Shown one piece after another: positions 1-5,262 of a stretch of 5,262 bases of DNA (position 1 is the stretch's first letter; each line of letters opens with the position of its first letter). The stretch comes from Octopus sinensis (lineage: Eukaryota), in the NCBI RefSeq assembly GCF_006345805.1, contig NW_021830097.1, forward strand, positions 1-5,262, in the 5' to 3' direction. The position numbers were made by a program, and so were the translations under genes. The notes below the pieces were generated by a model, which searched no databases, was not told where the DNA came from, and saw only the letters and a list, made by a program, of their open reading frames with translations.

Positions 1-101
1 TCTCTCACTCCTTCTCTCTCTCTCTCTCTCTCTCTCCCTCCCTGCCTCTCCCTCTTTCTCCCTCTTTCTCCCTCCCTCTCTCTCTCTCCCTCTCTCTCTC
101 C
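1..101. repeat. Imperfect (CT)n/(CCT/CTTT) polypyrimidine microsatellite
   Basis: Almost only C and T from base 1 to about 101, mostly TC dinucleotide units; it runs off the left window edge. Confidence 0.95.
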
Positions 102-1101
102 CTTGATAGGCATTTGGTAACTTACCAAATGTTTAACGTAGCAAGGTAGTTTAGGACTCATATATACATTAATGGCCAACATCACAATGTTGTCTTAAAG
201 CATCGGCACACTTGGCATTTGACCGAGGTCCTCACGATTTTAAAAACTCGATTCTTTTCTATGTCAGTCGTGGTTTGCAGTCAATAAGTGAATAGTATAG
301 GACTCAGGGTATTGATTTTTCCGGTGGAAGCTATAATGCTGCTAACACGGCCCTGGATATGGCTCACCTTTGTTACGATGATTCCTAATCGAATTATACG
401 TGAATTAGCTTCTAGGGCGCAACATAACCAGGTACCCTATCTTCATACGTTGTTCACCAACCTAAGGTTTCAAACGTAAAAATGTATTCGACATATCCTA
501 TTTACTAGTGCATAAAGTCATACTATTTTATACTTGATTTTAATTGGAAGGCTGGAGTGAAGCTTATACACGCGGAATGTTTGGATATAAGGGAAAAAAA
601 CTAAACTTTAAATTGGAGTGCCTCCCATACATGAGTGCGACTTACCAACGAGTATATAGGATAAAGTACTTGTTTCACACAGAAAACTGAGCCACACCCA
701 CTAATGGTACTTGATTAATATTACATACCCCAGCAGTCTATATTTTCGGAACTTGTACCCTATCCTTATGTACATATTAGACGAAGCTATATTTATATGG
801 TCGATATAATGGCTGGAAATAGCAGCTAAATATATCTAAAATTACATCCAATTTTCTTAAGAAAGGAGGTATATATAATGTAGATATGGAATGGCTCGAA
901 TAGCTTCGAACTCAGTTCTAATCAGCTCTACTCAGTCAGGGCTAATCGGTAACAATAAGATATATTTAAAATCCTTGTGATTTATGTATATCACCAGACA
1001 TATATTTATGGATGTGTGTATGACTAATACATGTGTATGCGTACGCTGTATTATTCATTAGTTATTTAATCTATATGTACATTTGTTTCTTAATTTGTGC
1101 G

Positions 1102-1128
1102 TATATATATATATATATATATATATAT
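1102..1128. repeat. (TA)n microsatellite
   Basis: Uninterrupted TA alternation within a TA-rich degenerate zone (about 960-1320). Confidence 0.95.
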
Positions 1129-1318
1129 CAGTAATATAATAGGGTAAAACTAATTAATTTGGAATAATCAATATATATACACCTGATTATGTATAATATA
1201 TCTACGTAAAACACGCATACATATTTATATCCATATTTATATGCATATACGTATTTATGAGAATATTTGCGTAATTCATCATCCATCGTTCATTCAACCG
1301 ATACGTGTGTGCATGAGC

Positions 1319-1655
<337 letters not shown>

Positions 1656-1850
1656 TTTTTCCTCACGGGCTATTCTTTACGGGAAAGCAATACTCTAGTA
1701 TTGCATTACTAATTTATTGAAACTTTCTTCACCGTTCTCGTGGTGTTAGCGTTTTCGGGCGTTTCAGTCGTTGTAATGGCATTAATGTGGTAACATCTGA
1801 AAGGTTGTCGTGGTATATGTTTGGCTGATGAAGATAGATCAAGTTTATGG

Positions 1851-2089
1851 GTGGCAGACATATCTTGAAAAATCTGAAACCTGCGCAGGTCCCACATTAT
1901 CCTTTTCCAGGTATTTCATCTTTCAGATGTTCTCCTTGGAGGTAAGATAATTTTTTCTAGTTTGTTGCACACACGCATTTTTGCTAGTACATACGCGGTG
2001 AAGCTGTACATTAGCGTCGTATTATTACGTTCGCTATTTCCAGTAAATATCGGTACTTCGTTGTGCCATATATTTACTTCTTTGTATAT
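1851..2089 (+). repeat. Direct repeat copy A' (239 bp), separated from copy A by a 195-bp unique spacer (1656-1850)
   Basis: Read by eye against 1418-1655: start offset 433, about 98% identical. Confidence 0.97.
1927..1941 (+). other. Candidate 15-nt microexon, copy 2
   Basis: TTTCATCTTTCAG|ATGTTCTCCTTGGAG|GTAAGA: same splice signals as copy 1 with one C>T change inside the exon. Confidence 0.25.
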
Positions 2090-2104
2090 ATATATATATA
2101 TATA
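2085..2104. repeat. (TA)n microsatellite
   Basis: TA alternation that overlaps the end of copy A'. Confidence 0.93.
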
Positions 2105-2200
2105 GTGAAGGTGCATGGCTCAGAGAGTATCGGGCTCACAATTATATGGTTGTGAGTTCGATTCTCCGACCGGACTTTATGTTGCATTCTTGAGCAACTT
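2105..2200 (+). mobile_element. Truncated tRNA-derived SINE head (a different family from the minus-strand SINEs)
   Basis: A-box-like TGGCTCAGAG (2116-2125) and B-box GAGTTCGATTC (2154-2164); 7-bp stem CTCACAA/TTGTGAG (2135-2141/2150-2156); then a degraded TTG..TTCTTGAGCAA motif resembling the CORE/V-type central domain (recalled, not searched). Confidence 0.65.
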
Positions 2201-2304
2201 CGTTTCTTAAGTGACAGACGAGTGAGCTATATTTTTTGAAAGGTGACATTTCAACACGTCTGAGTGAATAGTATATATCTACAGTTTTTAAGTTAATAGT
2301 GAAA

Positions 2305-2959
2305 ATGGAAAAATATGAGATACATTTTCCTCATTTATTGCTCATTTATTTCCGGGGGAAAACAAGCAGCAGAAGAGTTATGTGCAATTTAAGGAGACGG
2401 TACCATCGGCGAGAGGACTGTTCGTAAGTGGATCGCTATGTTTAGGAATGAAAAGTTTGATCTGGACGACGGTGAACGTTCCAGCAGGTCTACCGCCATT
2501 GATGATGACCAAATCAAAATGCTAAATAAAATTATTCACGTCATACGACACGAGATATTACAGAGATACTTAACATATTTCATACGAGCATAAGCCATTT
2601 AACACCATTTGGATACGTGAATCTCTATGACGTTTGGGTGGTTCTTAATTTAACAAAAAAAAAAACGTACCGCATTTCCATCTGCTATTTTCTGCTCAAA
2701 CGCTGCAAAAACGATCCATCTTTGAAAACAACGGTTACATGTGACGAAATGTGGATTGTTTACAACAAAGTGGAGTGAAAAATATCTTTAATTTCTCCAA
2801 AATCAATGAGTATTCAAAAAGGTGATACTCTCTTTCCTGTTGGATTAGAATGGAATTGTATATGACGACGAACTCCTTAAACTTTGAATTCATACATTTA
2901 TTGTTTCCAGTTCGACTGATTAAAGAAATCAATTAATAAGAAACAATTTTCACGAAATA
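2305..2959 (+). pseudogene. Mariner transposase pseudogene, N-terminal part (HTH domains and first catalytic Asp)
   Basis: Manual translation across frameshifts gives MEKYEIHFPHLLLIYFRG / AAEELCAI*GDGTIGERTVRKWIAMFRNEKFDLDDGERSSR..IDDDQIK / HTTRDITEILN..GYVNLYDVWVVLNL (WVPHEL linker, 2635-2652) / RISICYFLLKRCKNDPSLKTTVTCDEMWIVYN (TGDEKW motif, Asp codon 2743-2745) / KKVILSFLLD*NGIVY / YCFQFD*LKKSINKK. Several stops and frameshifts. Confidence 0.93.
2947..2959 (+). repeat. Left target-site duplication TTTTCACGAAATA
   Basis: Identical 13-mer at 3190-3202; removing the SINE and one copy rejoins the transposase. Confidence 0.92.
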
Positions 2960-3189
2960 TATTTCTTTGCTGCCCACAAGGGGCTAAACATAGAGGGGAC
3001 AAACAAGGACAGACAAAGGGATTAAGTCGAATACATCGACCCTAGTGCGAAACTGGTACTTTATTTATCGACCCCGAAAGGATGAAAGGCAAAGTCGACC
3101 TCGGCGGAATTTGAATTCAGACGTAACGACAGACGAGATACCGCCAAGCATTTCGCCCGGCGCGCTAACGTTTCTACCAGCTCGCCGCC
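2960..3189 (-). mobile_element. Full-length tRNA-derived SINE (about 230 bp) inserted in the mariner
   Basis: The minus strand begins GGCGGCGAGCTGGTAGAAACG (A box, plus-strand 3169-3179). It has B-box-like GAATTCAAATTCC (3106-3118), a central GCCTTTCATCCTTTCGGGGTCGATAAA..AGTACC domain and an AAAGAAATA end. It is flanked by TTTTCACGAAATA repeats, and two more copies occur at 4578-4925. Confidence 0.92.
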
Positions 3190-3202
3190 TTTTCACGAAA
3201 TA
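3190..3202 (+). repeat. Right target-site duplication TTTTCACGAAATA
   Basis: Identical to 2947-2959; the first T could equally belong to the SINE 5' end. Confidence 0.92.
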
Positions 3203-3523
3203 GTCAACCGCAAGGTGCCATCCTCATTCAGAATAACTCTAAACCTCATATTTCGTTGCAGATGTGGCAAAAATTGGTGTGGCTTAACTGAGATGTTCAA
3301 CCACGCCCACTGTACTCAGCTAACCAGGCACCTTCGGACTGCCATTTATTTCAATCTCTACAATCGAAATAACTTCAGTTCTTTAAAAGACTGTAAAACC
3401 ACTGACACTATTTCACAGTTCATCACCCACAACGGTGCCAGGTTCTGAGAGGATGGAATCGTGAAACAACCTTAAAGATATCGAAGGATAGTGGAACAAA
3501 ATAGGACGTATGCGGTTGAATAA
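3190..3523 (+). pseudogene. Mariner transposase pseudogene, C-terminal part
   Basis: EIVNRK / AILIQNNSKPH (HDNARPH motif, with the Asp position now AAT at 3232-3234) ... YSANQAPSDCHLFQSLQ (YSPDLAPSD motif, Asp at 3337-3339). Exactly 34 codons lie between the two sites, giving D34D spacing. Then NFSSLKDCK..QF..RF*EDGIVKQP*RYRRIVEQNRTYAVE*, with the stop at 3521-3523. Confidence 0.93.
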
Positions 3524-3677
3524 AAGATGTTCAAATAGCTAAATAGTGCTTTTGAATTTTACTCAAAAATAATAAAAAAAACAGTCTGAAATTTTGTTCA
3601 AACCCAGTTCTGATACTGGGGTGAAGTTGATAGAAGTGAGTTATTGATATTTTAGAATGTTAAATATTAGGAGAAAA

Positions 3678-3778
3678 TGTGAGCGTGTGTCTATGTGTGT
3701 GTGTGAGTGTGTACACGCATGCATAAGTGTGTGTATGCGCGTGCGCGTTTGTGCGATGTTTATGTGAGTTTATGTGTT
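3678..3778. repeat. Degenerate (GT)n/(GC)n low-complexity tract
   Basis: Mostly purine-pyrimidine alternation (GTGT, GCGC, ATGC) with many interruptions. Confidence 0.8.
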
Positions 3779-4255
3779 TAAAATGTAGAAAAAAAAGAAG
3801 ACGAATAAAAGAAAATTGGGTAGAGCAAGATTTGGTCTAACGAAAGAATGGCATCGAATTAGTAGTTGTAGTAAAAAGATCTAGAACGTTTCCATTGGTT
3901 GATGTAGGAATATAGATTTTTGAGATGGTAGTGTAGGGAAGAGGCTTAGATGGCAAAATCTAATTCTGTGAAAGGTAGCTAGTTATTTATTTCATTTATG
4001 AAATAATTAGCTGAAGTTTGGAGACAAAATCACTTCTGAGACCATTTATATATATGAGAGAGATACAAAAGCACCCAAGAGATCCCGAAAAGGATAGAAA
4101 GTTCAAAGACAGTGCGAATGGAGTTGGAGAGAGTGAGAGAGAGAAAGAATGAGTGGGCGGTGGATGGAGCAATGAACCTATGTGTATGTGAATGCGCGGA
4201 TGCATATCGGAACGGGGAGAAAATGCATAAAACATTCAACATGCAAAGAAAGTAG

Positions 4256-4532
4256 CGGTGGTGCTGGTGGTTGTGGTGGTGGTGGTGGTGGTGGTGGTGG
4301 TGGGTGGTGGTGTTGTGTGGTAGTGGTGGGTGGTGGTGGTGGCAGTGGTGGTGGTGGTGGTGGTGGTGGTGGTGGTGGTGGTTGTGGTGGTGATGGTTGT
4401 GGTAGTGGTGTTGGTGGTGGTGGTGGTGGTGATGGTGGTGGTGGTGATGGTGATGGTTGTGGTGGTGGTGGTGGTGGTGGTGGTGGTGGTGGTGGTGGTG
4501 GTGGTGGTGGTGGTGGTGGGGGTGGTGGAGGG
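4256..4532. repeat. Long imperfect (GGT)n trinucleotide microsatellite, followed by short (GAT)/(GCT) runs to about 4565
   Basis: About 280 bp of GGT units with GTT, GAT, AGT and GGC variants; source of the poly-Gly, poly-Val and poly-Thr ORFs. Confidence 0.96.
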
Positions 4533-4577
4533 GATGATGTGCTGCTGCTGTTCCTGCTGCTGCTGTCTTTTATTAGA

Positions 4578-4742
4578 CTTTTCTACTCTAGGCACAAGGC
4601 CCGAAATTTTGGGGGAGGGGTCAGTCGATTTGATCGGCAACTGGTACTTAACTGGTACTTAATTTACCGACCCCGAAAGGATGAAAGGCAAAGTCAACCT
4701 CGGCGGAATTTGAACTCAGAACGTAAAGACAGACGAAATACC
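4578..4742 (-). mobile_element. 5'-truncated copy of the same tRNA-derived SINE with a variant 3' tail
   Basis: Core AACTGGTACTT..CGACCCCGAAAGGATGAAAGGCAAAGTC..CTCGGCGGAATTTGAACTCAGAACGTAA matches the 2960-3189 copy. The B box is intact (GAGTTCAAATTCC on minus) and the A-box end is missing. The tail at 4578-4622 differs from the other two copies. Confidence 0.9.
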
Positions 4743-4925
4743 TTTTTCTTTACTACCAACAAGGAGCTAAACACAGAGAAGACAAATAAGGACAGACAAA
4801 CGGATTAAGTCGATTATATCGACCCCAGTGCGTAACTGGTACTTATTCAATCGACCCCGACAGGATGAAAGGCAAAGTCGATCTCGGTGGAATTTGAACT
4901 CAGAACGTAACGGCAGACGAAATAC
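4743..4925 (-). mobile_element. Second 5'-truncated SINE copy, in tandem with the first, with the same tail type as 2960-3189
   Basis: TTTCTTTACTACCAACAAGGAGCTAAACA...GGATTAAGTCGA...GGAATTTGAACTCAGAACGTAACGGCAGACGAAATAC aligns with the full-length copy and stops at the same point as 4578-4742. Confidence 0.92.
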
Positions 4926-4990
4926 GAGCAGGCTGTTCCGTTGATCCGATCAACTGGAACCCTCGTCGTCGTAACCGACGGAGTGCCACA
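4926..4990 (+). mobile_element. Probable 3'-terminal fragment of another SINE or LINE-derived tail (two stem-loops, then a microsatellite)
   Basis: Hairpin GTTCC-GTTGAT(CCG)ATCAAC-T-GGAAC at 4935-4960 and hairpin CTC-GT-CGTCG(TAAC)CGACG-GAG at 4962-4983, directly followed by TA/TG repeats. The family assignment is from memory only. Confidence 0.5.
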
Positions 4991-5093
4991 TATATGTGTG
5001 TGTGTATGTATGTATATATGTATGTAAGTATATGTGTGTGTGTGTGTGTTTGAGTATGTGTATGTATGTAAGTACACGTGTTTTGTGTGTGTG

Positions 5094-5125
<32 letters not shown>

Positions 5126-5196
5126 TATGTATATATGTATGTATATGTATATATGTATGTATATGTATATATGTATGTATATGTATATATATATAT
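4991..5196. repeat. Compound TA/TG/TATG microsatellite containing 4 perfect copies of an 18-bp unit
   Basis: GTATATATGTATGTATAT at 5111-5128, 5129-5146, 5147-5164 and 5165-5182, plus a partial fifth copy. Confidence 0.95.
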
Positions 5197-5262
5197 GGGT
5201 CCGTCATGATTTAGTAGAGCAGCGGGAAGAAAGCGACCTTTGTCAGCTTCATTTCAACGTTG

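Larger units (their letters stand above)
2201..3609 (+). mobile_element. Decayed mariner (Tc1/mariner, DD34D) DNA transposon interrupted by a SINE; left boundary approximate
   Basis: Transposase motifs run collinearly from 2305 to 3523. A plausible degenerate 3' TIR (CAGTCTGAAATTTTGTTCAAACCCAGTT) lies at about 3582-3609; I see no matching 5' TIR in the window. Confidence 0.9.

Noticed and set aside
288-479. 63-aa ORF with a GTG start
   Set aside because: Short, non-ATG start, no recognisable motif; within chance expectation.
312-879. Three TATAAT(G) hexamers (332, 805, 874) as sigma70 -10 boxes
   Set aside because: There is no -35 box at 16-18 bp spacing and no downstream ORF, and the hexamer is common in AT-rich DNA.
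859-883. Bacterial-style Shine-Dalgarno AAGAAAGGAGGT-ATATATA-ATG, overlapping the palindrome TTTCTTAAGAAA (853-864)
   Set aside because: The ATG is immediately followed by TAG, the next ATG gives only MEWLE*, and the context is eukaryotic. Most likely chance.
911-936. Degenerate 10-bp tandem repeat CTCAGTTCTA/ATCAGCTCTA/CTCAGT
   Set aside because: Only about 2.6 imperfect units; not a CRISPR-like or regularly spaced array.
1687-1712. Hairpin GCAATACT-CT-AGTATTGC followed by CTAA as a Helitron 3' end
   Set aside because: The stem is AT-rich with only about 4 nt before the CTRR, and there is no matching 5' TC boundary evidence.
2105-2170. Functional tRNA gene
   Set aside because: The D-arm is truncated, there is no acceptor stem or canonical anticodon loop, and the sequence continues into a SINE-like body.
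2735-3448. ORFs 2735-2932 (-) and 3215-3448 (+) as genes
   Set aside because: They are the antisense strand or mostly off-frame readings of the mariner pseudogene; only the end of the plus-strand ORF is in the transposase frame.
3977-4012. AT-rich hairpin AGCTAG..TTATTTCAT-TT-ATGAAATAA..TAGCT
   Set aside because: Low-complexity and weak, needs a bulge, and is expected by chance in AT-rich DNA.
4182-4808. 208-aa Gly-rich ORF and the overlapping poly-Thr and poly-Val ORFs
   Set aside because: They are open only because (GGT)n has no stops, and the C-terminus runs through SINE sequence. No coding signature.

Overview
This is non-coding, repeat-dense, AT-rich eukaryotic DNA with no credible intact protein-coding gene. 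All ORFs in the supplied track are microsatellite translations, short chance ORFs or pieces of a dead transposase. The SINE sequences match, from my memory and not from a search, very abundant Octopus repeats, so a cephalopod origin is likely but unverified. In order, the window holds: a (CT)n tract; about 860 bp of unassigned high-complexity sequence; (TA)n/(GT)n tracts; a recent 238/239-bp direct duplication (A-spacer-A', offset 433); a tRNA-like SINE head (+); a decayed DD34D mariner (+) split by a full-length tRNA-derived SINE (-) with a 13-bp target-site duplication; a long (GGT)n tract; two head-truncated copies of the same SINE in tandem; a double stem-loop SINE-like tail; and a TA/TG microsatellite containing an 18-bp higher-order repeat. 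The most interesting, and speculative, signal is in the duplication. Each copy carries a candidate 15-nt microexon (YAG|ATGTTCTCCYTGGAG|GTAAGA), and the single spacer holds a 12-nt perfect reverse complement of the acceptor region of both copies, resembling competing docking/selector RNA pairing.
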